Positions 40,251 to 50,751 are shown, numbered from the stretch's first letter. The stretch is 64,000 nucleotides of DNA from an uncultured Planctomycetota bacterium (GCA_963786455.1 CAWAZX010000025.1:179350-243349), one strand, 5' to 3'. Notes: a model not told the origin generated them from the sequence alone. Program-made: numbers and translations.

Positions 40251-42611
40251 ATGAAACATGCGAAATCCCTGCTTTCTGTGTATGGGATATCCGTCTTTGC
40301 TCTGCTACTGGGATGTTCGAACGACTCCCAGCCGTTGCGAAGTGCCGCGTCGAAAGGTGATATAACCGCGGACACGGCGGCCAGCGCCGACGTTCCGGAA
40401 GCGAAGTCCGGTTATCGACGGAGAGATGTAGATCCACCCATCGAGATCTCCCAGGCCGATCGTGAGGGACACAATCGGATGCTGCGTGAGCTGGCAGCGC
40501 TGCGCGAGCGCGAATCGCGCACCAACGCCTACTACGGCACCGTGCGCTTGGACGAAGCTCAGCAGTTGCTCAAGTTGGCGGTAGCCGAGGAAGATCGGCT
40601 CAAGATGCTCTTGAGATTGACGTTCGCCCAGATGGATTTAGGGTTGGAAGCCGAGGCGCTCCAGCACATGGTCCCGGCCGTGGAGCAAGTGGAGAACACC
40701 AGCAATCGAATCCGGCCCGAGGCGGCCGCGGAACTACATTTTCTGTTCGGTATGGTTCATCTGCGACATGGTGAGACGCAAAACTGCTGCCTGCTGCACA
40801 ACAAGGACAGTTGTTTGTTGCCGATCCGCGGCGGCGGGATCCACACGCGGCAGGACGGAGCTCGTGCCGCAATTTCACATTTCGAGAAGGTCGTGGCCGT
40901 TGCGTCAAGGGGCTCCGAGCGTTATCTGGAAGCGATCTGGTTGTGGAACCTGGCTGCGATGAACCTGGGCGAATTTCCAGAGGGCGTGCCGGCCGAGCAC
41001 CGCATGGAGCCCGCGCGATTCCTGTCGCGCGAGAAGTTTCCGCGGTTCATGAATATTGCCGGCGACTTGGGACTCGACACCAATAGCCTGTGCGGGAGCG
41101 TGGTGGCGGAGGATTTCAACAATGACGGATATCTCGATTTGATGGTGAGCACGTGGGACGTGCGCGAGCCGCTGAAGTTTTATGTGAACAATGGCGCGGG
41201 CAAATTCGACGACCGCACCAGTGCCGCGAGCCTCGACGGAATGGCCGGCGGGCTGAACATGGTGCAGGCCGATTACAACAACGACGGTCGAATCGACGTG
41301 TACATTCTGCGCGGCGCATGGTTGTTCGGCGATGGTAGCCATCCCTGTTCGCTGTTGCGCAACAACGGCGACGGCACGTTCACGGACGTGACGTTTGCGG
41401 CCGGCCTGGCCGAGGAAAGTTACCCCGGTCAAACAGCCGCGTGGGCGGACTACGATTTGGACGGACTGGTGGACCTGTTTGTTGCCGGCGAAGAGGGCCC
41501 GAACAATCGGGCACCGTGCCGGCTGTTTCACAATAACGGGAACGGCACGTTCACCAACGTGGCCCGAGCTGCCGGCGTGGAAACCCATCAACTGACCAAA
41601 GGCTCTTCGTGGGGCGACTACAACAACGACCGATATCCCGATCTGTATGTGTCGAACTTGAGGAGCCCGCCTCCTTTGGACGGCCGCAACCGGCTCTACC
41701 GCAACAACGGTGATGGAACGTTCACTGACGTTGCGCGCGAAGCCGGGGTATTGGACGTGGATTCTTCGTTCCCCACGTGGTTTTGGGACTACAACAACGA
41801 CGGCGTGCTGGATCTGTTCGTCTCGGCGTATCACGCCAACACCGCACAGGTTGCCCGCTACTATCTTGGTCAGACTATTGAGACCGGCATGCCGCGCGTG
41901 TTTCGCGGAACGCCTGAGGGCAAGTTCATCGAGGCGACCAAGGAGCTGGGGCTCGACGAGCCGACGCTGGTGATGGGATCGAATTTCGGCGATCTGAACA
42001 ACGACGGCTGGCTCGATATGTACCTGGGCACGGGCAGCCCGGACTACAAGATGATCATTCCGAACAAGCTGTACCTGAATCACGAGGGGCAGAGGTTTGC
42101 GGACGTGAGCGAAGCGGCCGGCATGGCCCATCTTCAGAAGGGCCACGGTGTGGCGTTCGCCGATTTGGACGCGGACGGCGATCAAGACGTTTTCATGCAG
42201 ATGGGCGGTGCCTATCCAGTCGACAAATACGTCGACGCCCTCTTTGAGAATCCCGGCTTTGGCAACAACTTTATTGCCGTCGAGCTGGTGGGCGTCGAGT
42301 CGAATCGCTTCGGAGTGGGATCACGGATTCGCGTCGACGTGGAAGAAGACGGCAAGACGCGATCCATTTATCGCTGGGTCAACAGCGGCGGCAGCTTTGG
42401 TTGCAACTCGCTGCGTCAGCAAATCGGCGTGGGGAAGGCCGCGCGGGTCAAACGCTTAGAAGTGTTCTGGCCGAAATCCAATGAAACGCAGGTGTTCGCC
42501 GACTTGCCGACAAACGGCGTTATTCGCGTCACGGAAGGCGCGAAGGAGTATGTCGAAACGAACCTTCGAGCGACGGAGTTTGCTCGACCCCGGCCAGGTG
42601 GGGAACACTAA
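40251..42611 (+). CDS. CRTAC1-family lipoprotein (TPR-like N-terminal domain, FG-GAP/VCBS repeats, ASPIC/UnbV C-terminal domain)
   Basis: Intact 786 aa. Lipobox FALLLGCSND. Also AEDFNNDGYLDLMVS, ADYNNDGRIDVYIL, LLRNNGDGTFTDVTF, ADYDLDGLVDLFV, GDYNNDRYPDLYV, WDYNNDGVLDLFV, GDLNNDGWLDMYL and ADLDADGDQDVFM. UnbV part: NNFIAVELVGVESNRFGVGSRIRV...NSGGSFGCNSLRQQIGVG...LEVFWP. Confidence 0.9.
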   Translation: MKHAKSLLSVYGISVFALLLGCSNDSQPLRSAASKGDITADTAASADVPEAKSGYRRRDVDPPIEISQADREGHNRMLRELAALRERESRTNAYYGTVRLDEAQQLLKLAVAEEDRLKMLLRLTFAQMDLGLEAEALQHMVPAVEQVENTSNRIRPEAAAELHFLFGMVHLRHGETQNCCLLHNKDSCLLPIRGGGIHTRQDGARAAISHFEKVVAVASRGSERYLEAIWLWNLAAMNLGEFPEGVPAEHRMEPARFLSREKFPRFMNIAGDLGLDTNSLCGSVVAEDFNNDGYLDLMVSTWDVREPLKFYVNNGAGKFDDRTSAASLDGMAGGLNMVQADYNNDGRIDVYILRGAWLFGDGSHPCSLLRNNGDGTFTDVTFAAGLAEESYPGQTAAWADYDLDGLVDLFVAGEEGPNNRAPCRLFHNNGNGTFTNVARAAGVETHQLTKGSSWGDYNNDRYPDLYVSNLRSPPPLDGRNRLYRNNGDGTFTDVAREAGVLDVDSSFPTWFWDYNNDGVLDLFVSAYHANTAQVARYYLGQTIETGMPRVFRGTPEGKFIEATKELGLDEPTLVMGSNFGDLNNDGWLDMYLGTGSPDYKMIIPNKLYLNHEGQRFADVSEAAGMAHLQKGHGVAFADLDADGDQDVFMQMGGAYPVDKYVDALFENPGFGNNFIAVELVGVESNRFGVGSRIRVDVEEDGKTRSIYRWVNSGGSFGCNSLRQQIGVGKAARVKRLEVFWPKSNETQVFADLPTNGVIRVTEGAKEYVETNLRATEFARPRPGGEH

Positions 42612-42617
42612 TCGACG

Positions 42618-42650
42618 CTAATCTTCGCTAATCAAATCAGCGGAGATTAG
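42618..42650. terminator. hairpin between convergent genes, a possible bidirectional terminator
   Basis: CTAATCTTCGCT - AATCAAATC - AGCGGAGATTAG forms a 12-bp stem with one T-G wobble. It lies between the CRTAC1 stop (42611) and the hydrolase stop (42657). The left side carries three CTAATC units at a 10-nt period. Confidence 0.5.
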
Positions 42651-42656
42651 TGGGTA

Positions 42657-43744
42657 TCAGTGTTCTTCCTTTTCTGTCTCCGCGAGTAATTCGGCCAGGT
42701 AATTTTTCCAGAGTGCGGCGATCGTGTGCGTGCCGTGACCCTGCGTCTGGTCGCTCAATGGGAGCACGATGGCCCGGCCGCGCTGAACACGCTTGATTTC
42801 GCGCTCCAGGATGCCGAGCTCTGGCGGATTGATCAGATCGTCGGCCGAGTTGATGGCAAGCAGCGGCGCCTTGATTTTTTCCAGATCGGGGCCAGGATCG
42901 TAATCGCGAGACGCTTCGAACGCGTAGAGCAGGTCGTTGGCGTCGGCGTCGCGCAGCCTTTCGGCCAGGTAGCGCTCGAGCGCAGCATCGGCAGCGGCGA
43001 GCGTCGGCGCTTCCTCCTGCCGCCTGGCGGGGTTGCTCGACATCACGTAGATCATCGACAGCGCGGTCCGCAGGCTGCGCGGCTGTGATTCGTAGTCGCC
43101 ACCTTTCCACTCCGGGTCATTGCGAATCGTATCGATCAGCACTCGCCGCCAGGCCCGGTTACGGCCAGAAATCTGTGTAGGCAGACAGCCAAGCGGCATG
43201 AGCGCGTCCATGAAGTCGGGATAGCGTTTCACCCCACAACCACGCGTGCATCCCGCCCATCGACGTGCCGATCACCAGCCGCAGATGATCGACGCGGAGG
43301 CCCTCAGTCAACAAGCGGTGTTGCGACGCGACCATGTCGTGATAGCCGTACTTGGGAAAGCGGGCCCGCAATCCGTCGCTCGGTTTGGACGACTGACCGT
43401 GGCCGATGTTGTCGGGAATCACTAGGTAATATCGCGACGCATCCAGCAGCTGGCCCGGGCCGTATAGCTTGCCGGCAAATTCGGGCCGCAGGAACTGGTG
43501 CGCTCGAACCGGTCGTGCCGTGCAGAATCAATACGGCGTTATTCACCTGGCCTTGTGCGTCGCGCTGTGCCGCACCGAGTGTGCGGTAGTGCATCCGCAC
43601 TTCGGGCAGGGTTTCGCCGGATCGAAAGCGAAAATCGCGCAGGACAATGTCGCCTTCCTTCGGTGCGGGAAAGTCGGCGGCCAACGACATTGGGGCGCTC
43701 ATCGTAAGAAAAACCAGGACTGCCGCGACATCAATTCTCGCCAT
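42657..43744 (-). CDS. secreted alpha/beta hydrolase, homoserine-O-acetyltransferase (MetX)-like fold; about 3 frame breaks
   Basis: Signal peptide [23 protein letters not shown]. Also [57 protein letters not shown] (GxSxG), and the C-terminal part [14 protein letters not shown]...GHGTH. The ATG overlaps the upstream DUF1028 end by 14 nt. Confidence 0.7.
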
Positions 43745-44571
43745 CGTCTTGCTGCTCGTTTTCGGTATGCTCGGGTGGATTGCGATGCGCCCAGGCAAAG
43801 AATTTTTTGTGGACGACCAGAAGACGTGCGAGCTCCGTGACCGGATCGGCATGGTCTTCCACGCGCAAGTCGACGTAACGATCGTTGCCGCCGTAACCCG
43901 CTTTGTCGCGAACGACCAGGATGGCGGCGGATTGCTTGCCGCGTTTGTCGCCGCCCGCTGCGTCGCCGGCCTTGAGCGCGGCCAAGCAGCCAGTCCGCAA
44001 GCTCAGTATCCTCCGCCTTGCGGGCCTCCTCAAACGCCGCGGCCATTTTCTTAACGACCTCTTCGCCAGCCAGCAAGTTGCCTTGCACGGTATAGTGATC
44101 CCCCTCGATGTGCCCGAACCAGCCGTTGCACTTTTCGCCGGAAAATGCGGCGACGTTTCCCTGCGCATCGACGATGCCGAGCTGACGTGTCTCGCGGCGG
44201 CGATCCGCCTCGGTGAGAAGTCGCACCGTTTCTTTCGCGTCCTTGCCTTCAGCGAGTAGCGCAAGCCCCTCCGGACCGTACGCGGTGTTTGCCGCCGATT
44301 GCGTGGCGATCGCTCCCACGTTCGCCTTGGCAAACGGCACGATCGACCCAACACCGAGCACCTTGCTCGCGACGGCAATTCCCAAGTCACCGGTCTTTGG
44401 GTCGAACGCGACAATTGAAAACGTGTTGGCGCGCGGTTCGTGCTTCGGAGCGGGTTGAGGTGTATTTGAGACGGCGTCCTGTGAAGCCCCGATCCAAATT
44501 GCAATGAAAAACAATCCCTTCGATTGAAGCAATGACCATCGATGTATGCGATTGTCCAGATTGCGAGTCAT
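43731..44571 (-). CDS. DUF1028 family protein (Ntn-hydrolase fold); 1 frame break near 44000
   Basis: Signal-like N-terminal end, then [44 protein letters not shown]...[10 protein letters not shown]...[15 protein letters not shown]...YVDLRVEDH. Confidence 0.75.
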
Positions 44572-44623
44572 CGTCGAATAAAGATCGGTGGTCTCGTGTG
44601 GATTGGAATTCAGTGTATCGAAG

Positions 44624-46214
44624 TTAGTCGGCCTTCGCCGGCTTGAACCGCCAAGCTACTCGCCCGGCATACGCCATGGTCTCGTGCACGAGGTCGTACA
44701 GGCCGCGGTCGTATTCTCGCAGCGCCTCTCGTGTGTTGATCGGGAAATCAACGTCGCCGGGTGCGGGTTCCTGACCGGTTGCGTCAAAATATGCCAGTAC
44801 GCCGGCGATCCAGTAGTCGGCACGGTTTTGGATTGCGAGTGTTCCTTTCCATTTGCCCTCGCCGGTTGATTTTTCGAACAGACTCCTTCAATTTGGCGTC
44901 GAATCGTTCGTCCATCCGCTGGACGCGCAGCTCGTATTGCTGCACGTTACGGCCGCGATTGCTGAATTCGGGGTCGACGGGCCGCGTGCCCGTGACGCGG
45001 TAGGCGGCGTCGGTCATCACCTGGATCACCTGGTTGCTACCAACGTTGGGCAGCGACGGATTTCCGAGCACGTTTTCCTCCGCGACCGCGAGCAGTTTCG
45101 TTTCGGGTTTGTAAGTGAGCGTGCGAGCCAAAAGATCGATCTGGCCGTTCGCAGATTTGTCCGAAAACTCCGGCAGATCGGCGAGACTCTCGCCGGGCCC
45201 AAGCACCACGAGCTTCACGCCATCGGCGATGAGCGCCTTGAGGATATCGTGCCGATAGGCGAACATCTTGCGGATTGTATCGTTGGCCTTGAGCAGCGCT
45301 TCGTCACTTGCCTCGCGGCCGATTACGGTGAACTCGCGAGCCCAGGTGAACTTGGTGTAATACGGGTCGATCTTGAACTTCTCGGGCGGCGCGGCGACGT
45401 TCGGCAGCTTCTGTACAAAGCTGTAGCGCCAATCCTGTTCGGGCGAGAGTTTGAAGATCGTGCGGCACAGCTCGTAGCCCTCTGGATCGTACGTCTTGAA
45501 CTGCTCGCGGGTGCCGACTGGGCCGTGGTTCCAATTGTTTACGCGATTGCAATCGAAATATGCCTGGCAGATCTCCGCCCAATACTCGCCCGGGTTGCTG
45601 CCCGCGTACGCGTTTTTGTAGAGACCCTTGGCAAGCGCGTTTTCGTACGCGGCGTTTCGGCGCTCGCTCCAATCCGGATCGATCGACCGCAGTGCACCGT
45701 CAATCGTGTGGCAGAATTCGTGTACGCCGATGCTTTCATCGTCGTAGCGGTCGATCGGCAGGCTGAGCAGATTCTCTTCGCCGAAGCTGGTCGGGTTGCC
45801 GCCGGTGCCGCGGACGCGTTCATTCAAGTACTCGGGGTTCGGCGCGTTACGATACTCGGGCATGTCGGTGTAGAGCTGGTCTTTGCCGATGATGATGAGG
45901 TACATGTCGCGTTCCTTCATGGCCTCGACGACATCCGGCCGCCCGGCCAGCATGTGGCTGACGATCTCGTGGGTGCGCACGAGCGCTTCATCGGCCACCA
46001 CGCCGGCGGCGACAACAGGGATGCCGTTGACGTCGACGAATTTCTTATAGAATTCCCGCGCTGCGTCGCGGTCCCGCGAACGCACCAGCTCGAAGAATTC
46101 TTCCGGCGGCGGCGAAAGTACTGGTGGCTTTTCCGCGGCATCGGCCGATGGGCTCCCGGTAACAACTGACGCAACAAAGAGTGCACCAAATAGCAGTCGA
46201 TTCAGCGTTGGCAT
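44624..46214 (-). CDS. secreted two-module HExxH protein (module 1 with HEFCH, module 2 with a degenerate site); 1 frame break near 44860; paralog of 12814-13590
   Basis: Signal peptide LLFGALFVASVVTGSPSADA. Module 1: PPEEFFEL...VDVNGIPVVAAG...ENLLSLPIDRYDDESIGVHEFCHTIDG...NPGEYWAEICQAYFDC. Module 2: PPEKFKIDPYYTKF...ENVLGNPSLPNVGSNQVIQVMTDAAY, and after the slip ADYWIAGVLAYFDA...INTREALREYDRGLYDLVHE-...stop at 44624. Confidence 0.6.
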
Positions 46215-46262
46215 GTCAATGATCCGATGAGATTTTAAACGTATCTAGCTACACGTTGATTT

Positions 46263-48082
46263 CTAGCCTCGGAAGTACAAATAGGCGGCGAGGATCGCGA
46301 CTAGCACGATGGCGGATGTGATCACATCCAATGCGGACCAGCTTGTGCGCGTTTCGCGCTTCTGCTCTTCCGTTCGAGTGCCGTAGGTAAGACCTTGAAT
46401 TTGCGCCGGTGAAGGCGCCGCGGTCAGGAAACTGACAATCACCATGACCAAAATCGATACGATCGTGATCAACAGCGCGTAGTATTGAAAGTAAATGTGG
46501 TTGGCCATCCACAGGAACGAGCCGTAGGCATACTCGATGGGATTATTGTTTTCATCGACCCCAAACAGCTTCAGTTTCACGGGCGTGTCGACTGCCAGCC
46601 GAAAGATGCCCATCGCGAAGCCGATGATCAAGGCGGCCAGGCAGCCGGCCGCGTTGAGCCGCTTCCAGAACACGCCCAGGAAGAAGACGACGAAGATCGG
46701 CGGAGCCAGATAGCCCTGCACGGCTTGCAAATAATCGTACAGGCCGCGGTCCGCATTGCCGGATGACTGGAATCCAAACCAGGCCGATGATCGTCATCGC
46801 GATGGTTGCCATCCGGCCGACCCACACCAAGCGCTTTTGCGATGCATCGGGGCGAAACCGCTGATACAAATCGATCGTGAACAGCGTCGACGACGCATTG
46901 AACGCACCGGCCAGCGAGCTCATCAGTGCGGCGAGCAGCCCGGCCACGACCGCTCCGCGGAAGCCTGCCGGCAACACGTGTTTGACCATCAGCGGAAACG
47001 CGGCCTGCGACTCCGCCGCAACCGCCATTGCCGTTCGCATCGACCAGCGGCGCCAGCTCCGCCACTTTGCCGCTCTTGGCCAACGCGAAGCAAATGATGC
47101 CGGGAATGATGAAGATGAACACCGGCAACAGTTTCAGATAGGCGGCAGAAAATGCAGCCGCGGCGGGCCTGCGTTTCGATTCGGTGCGCCGAGCGCCGCT
47201 GCACGATGTACTGATCGGTGCACCAATACCACAGGCCGATGATCGGCGCGCAGAACAGCATGCCTAGCCACGGATAATTCTCGTTGAAGTACCAGGCTTG
47301 CCGATGACTTCGCCGGCGGCATCGCTTTTCCAGAACGGGTGCCCAGGTGCCGTTTTCCGGCACGACCGGCTTCCACAGGTTGAACATCTCGACGTGTCCC
47401 GGCGGGTCTGTCCGACTGAGCAATCCGCCGCAGCTCTTCCCAACCGCCAATCCGCTGTAAGCCAAAGTAGGTAACCAGCACCGAGCCGACAATCAGAATG
47501 ATCGTTTGCAGCGCTTCGGTGTAAGCGACGGCCCGCATGCCGCCGAGCACCGTGTACAGGCCCGTCAACAGCACCACGAGCACCGAACCGATCCAGAAAC
47601 TATCGAGCGTGAAGCCGCCGATCTTGTAGCTCATCTCAGGCAGCAGCGTGTCGGACACAATGCCGCCGGCGTAAATGCCGACGGCGATTTTCGTGATCAC
47701 ATACGCCACCAGCGAAATCACCGAGAGGATCGTAGCGCGCGGCCGGCGAGAACCGCCGCTCCAAAAACTCCGGCATCGTGAATACCTTCGAATCGCATAT
47801 AAAACGGAATCATCACCCAGGCGAGCACGAGCAGGCACCAGGCATGCAGCTCGAAGTGGGCCATGGCCACGCCGTCGGTCGCGCCCGAGCCGGCCAGGCC
47901 CACGAGGTGCTCCGAACCGATGTTCGAGGCGAAGATCGACGCGCCGACAACGAACCAGCCCAAGTGGCGGCCGGCGAGAAAGTAATCGCTGCGGTGTCCT
48001 TGCTCTGCAGAATGACCCACCAGGCCAGGCCCAGGATCAGCGCGAAATACACCGCCACGACGATCCAGTCGATTGCTACCAC
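46263..48082 (-). CDS. sodium:solute symporter (SSS/SGLT family); at least 8 frame breaks
   Basis: MVAIDWIVVAVYFALILGLAWWV, DYFLAGRHLGWFVVGASIFASNIGSEHLVGLAGSG, LGGMRAVAYTEALQTIILIVGS, and the C-terminal part YLAPPIFVVFFLGVFWKRLN...AILAAYLYFRG-stop. Confidence 0.8.
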
Positions 48083-48124
48083 GGCGTCCGCCTATCTTTG
48101 AGATTTGTCAACAAGGCAGCTATT

Positions 48125-48231
48125 GAAACCGCCAAGACGCCAAGAACGCCAAGTCAAGCAGTAGGAATTCTTACAATGACCTTGGGTTCGCGCTAAGGCG
48201 TTCCTGGCGTCCTTGGCGTCTTGGCGGTTTC
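48125..48231. repeat. tandem-heptad inverted repeat (long hairpin) between the GH127 stop and the SSS start
   Basis: Left arm: GAAACCGCCAAGACGCCAAGAACGCCAAG (CGCCAAG x3). Right arm: GGCGTTCCTGGCGTCCTTGGCGTCTTGGCGGTTTC (CTTGGCG-type x3-4). The outer 20 nt are perfectly complementary. The 43-nt spacer holds the near-palindrome GTAGGAATTCTTAC. Confidence 0.8.
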
Positions 48232-48244
48232 CTCGTCGAATCAG

Positions 48245-50695
48245 TTACGACCCCGCATCGGCACGAATCATACGCATACCAAACACCGGCCCGATTGAGT
48301 TTCCTTCCGTGGTTTCAAATCGCACCGTTACTTTTTCTTTGCCGTCGACCAGGTCAGCGGGGATACGGTACTCGACATCATAGAACCGTGCCGGGGCTGT
48401 CGCGCTTCACCGTCTCTTCTTTGGCGATCGGCTCGCCGTCGACGAGGATGTCGAACTTCGGCTCGCGCGGGCGCCGGCCGCTGTAGTACGTCACAACCAG
48501 CACCATCGGCTGCTGGGAATCGACGGGCAACTCGAATGAGAACCAGTCGCGGCCGACGCGGCCCTGCTCGGCCCGCTTCGCGAACTGGCATAGGCCTCCT
48601 CGCTTTCGAAATTGACGTCGCGCTCGGCCTGCATTTGGCCGGGTTGGAAGAAAGCCACGGTGGCTTCTTCGAGCTTGCGGACCCGTTCGCGCTCGGCGGC
48701 GATTTGCTGCTTCGCGCTCGGCCCACTGCGAGGGCGTGAACAGATCCCAATACGCCGAGTAGAGCCGGCGATGCAGCCGGTAAAACGGCATGAGGTCGAC
48801 GTCGCGGTCGCGGCCCACGCCGTCGGTACGGAACGTGCCCGCGGCATCTGGCACGGGTTCAACCCACTCGCTCACCGGTTGCTCTGCAGCGACAAACGCC
48901 GGGGCACTGGGTTGTTCCCGGTCGCGCTGGCCGCGCCGCGCCCTCGGCCGCGCTCGCGTCCTGGACCCAAATCGCCGGCCAGCACCAGCGGCCCCCACAT
49001 CACGGCGACACGCTGCGGGTTGTCGGGCAGTGGTTCCAGGTGCAGTTGTCTTCGGCAGTGTGAGCTCCACTTTGTCGCCGGTCTTCCAAGTTCGCTTGAT
49101 TTCCACGTACGAGCCCGGCTTCGGCAAATCGGCGATCGCCTCGCCGTTGACTGCGACGCGGAATCCATCGCCCGCCCAAGCCGGCCGCCGCAACGCCAGC
49201 GTGAATTCTTTGGGCGCTTCGAGCGTCAACGTCGCGGTTGCCGATTCGCCCTCGGGAAAGTCGGTTTCCATCGTCAAACGTCACGCCGGCCGCTTTCCAT
49301 TCGGCTGTCGACGGCGCATACAAGTTGACCCACAGCTGCTCACCGTCCTCGTAGTAAATCCCGTCGCCGTGCAGCGCGTGGCTCTCCATGCCGCAGCCCA
49401 CGCAGCACGTGAAGCTGCGGAACATGTCTGCGTATTCGCGCTGCACGCCCATGCCCACCGGCACCATGTAGCACGTGCTGCCGTCCTCCGGATCGATCGA
49501 GCCGAGGATGTGGTTGAACAGCGCCCGCTCATGAAACTCGGCGTACCGCGGTTCGGGTTCGAGCGCGAACAGCGTGCGCGTCAGCTTGAGCATGTTGTAG
49601 ACGTTGCACGTCTCGGCGGTGCGGCCGTCGATGCGATCGCTCAGCTTGTCCGGCTCGCCGAAGTATTCGTCCTTGCCGTGTCCGCCGGTGGCGAAGCTGT
49701 GATGGTCCGCCACGCGCTCCCAAAAGAATCGGGCCGCCGCCAGGTCGGTCTGGATCGCCGGCGTAGGCGTAGCGTGCCAGCGAGCCGATGAGCTTGGGCA
49801 CCTGCGTGTTGCCGTGCTTGCCGGCGAGATTGTCTTCGCCCCGCTTGAGCGGCTCGATGAACGACTTGTGCTCGAACTTGTACGACAGATCGAGCCAGCG
49901 CTTGTCGCCCGTGTCGGCGTAGAGGTCGGCGAAGATCTCGTTCATGCCGCCGAACTCGGTGTTGAGCATCTGCTGAATCTGCTCGTCGTTGAGCGGCGCG
50001 AGAATCTTCTCGGCCCACTCGGCGAACTTCACTTCGACTTCGAGCGCGGTCTTGTTGCCGGTGTGGCGGTAGGCGTCGCGCAGTCCGGCGTAGGTCTTGT
50101 GCAGCGTGTACCAGGGCGACCACATGCCGTTCAGATCGAATCCGCCGGAACGGATTTCGCCCTTCGAAAGCGAGCTCGAACAATTCCTTGCCGTCGGCCA
50201 GATCGTCCGGCCGCGGCTGGCCGCCGCGCCGCTGCCGCACGCCCGGCTTGTTGCCCAACAGCGCGCCCAGGTAGCCGTCGCCGTGCTTGTCCTGAACTTC
50301 CTTCATTTCCTTGACGATGTAGTCGGCCCGCTCTTTGAACCGCTCGTCGCCCGTGGCGGCATACATCAAGCTCACGCCGGACAGATAGTGTCCGGCGATA
50401 TGCCCGGTGAGCTGCCGGCCGTCGACGGCGTCCCAGCCGCCGTAGCCTTCCGCCTTGGGCTCCAGGCCGGCGCGCTTGCGATAGCCGGCCATCATGCGAT
50501 CGGGCTCCAGCTCGAGCAGATATTTCGCCGTGATGTCCTGCGCATGTTTGAGCGGCCCGCCGGTGAGCCGCACGGCGGTCAGCGGCAGCGGTCGGGCGAC
50601 ATCGGGAACTGCCGGAGCGATCGGATCGGCAACTGCGATTCCAGACGCACAACACAAACACCGCAAGTGAGCGTCGCGGCAAATACGGTTTTCAT
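48245..50695 (-). CDS. glycoside hydrolase family 127 (DUF1680, beta-L-arabinofuranosidase type); at least 7 frame breaks
   Basis: LTAVRLTGGPLKHAQD, GWDAVDGRQLTGHIAGHYLSG, WSPWYTLHKTYAGLRDAY, GMNEIFADLY, AGKHGNTQVPKLIG, HSFATGGHG, AETCNVYNMLKLTRTLF and FTCCVGCGMESHA (Cys cluster of the GH127 active site). The C-terminal end reaches DAGS-stop. Confidence 0.8.
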
Positions 50696-50751
50696 CGTCA
50701 CGCCATGCGTGCTGAACTTTCATAGTCTGAATCAAATCGGATTCTCGCGGC

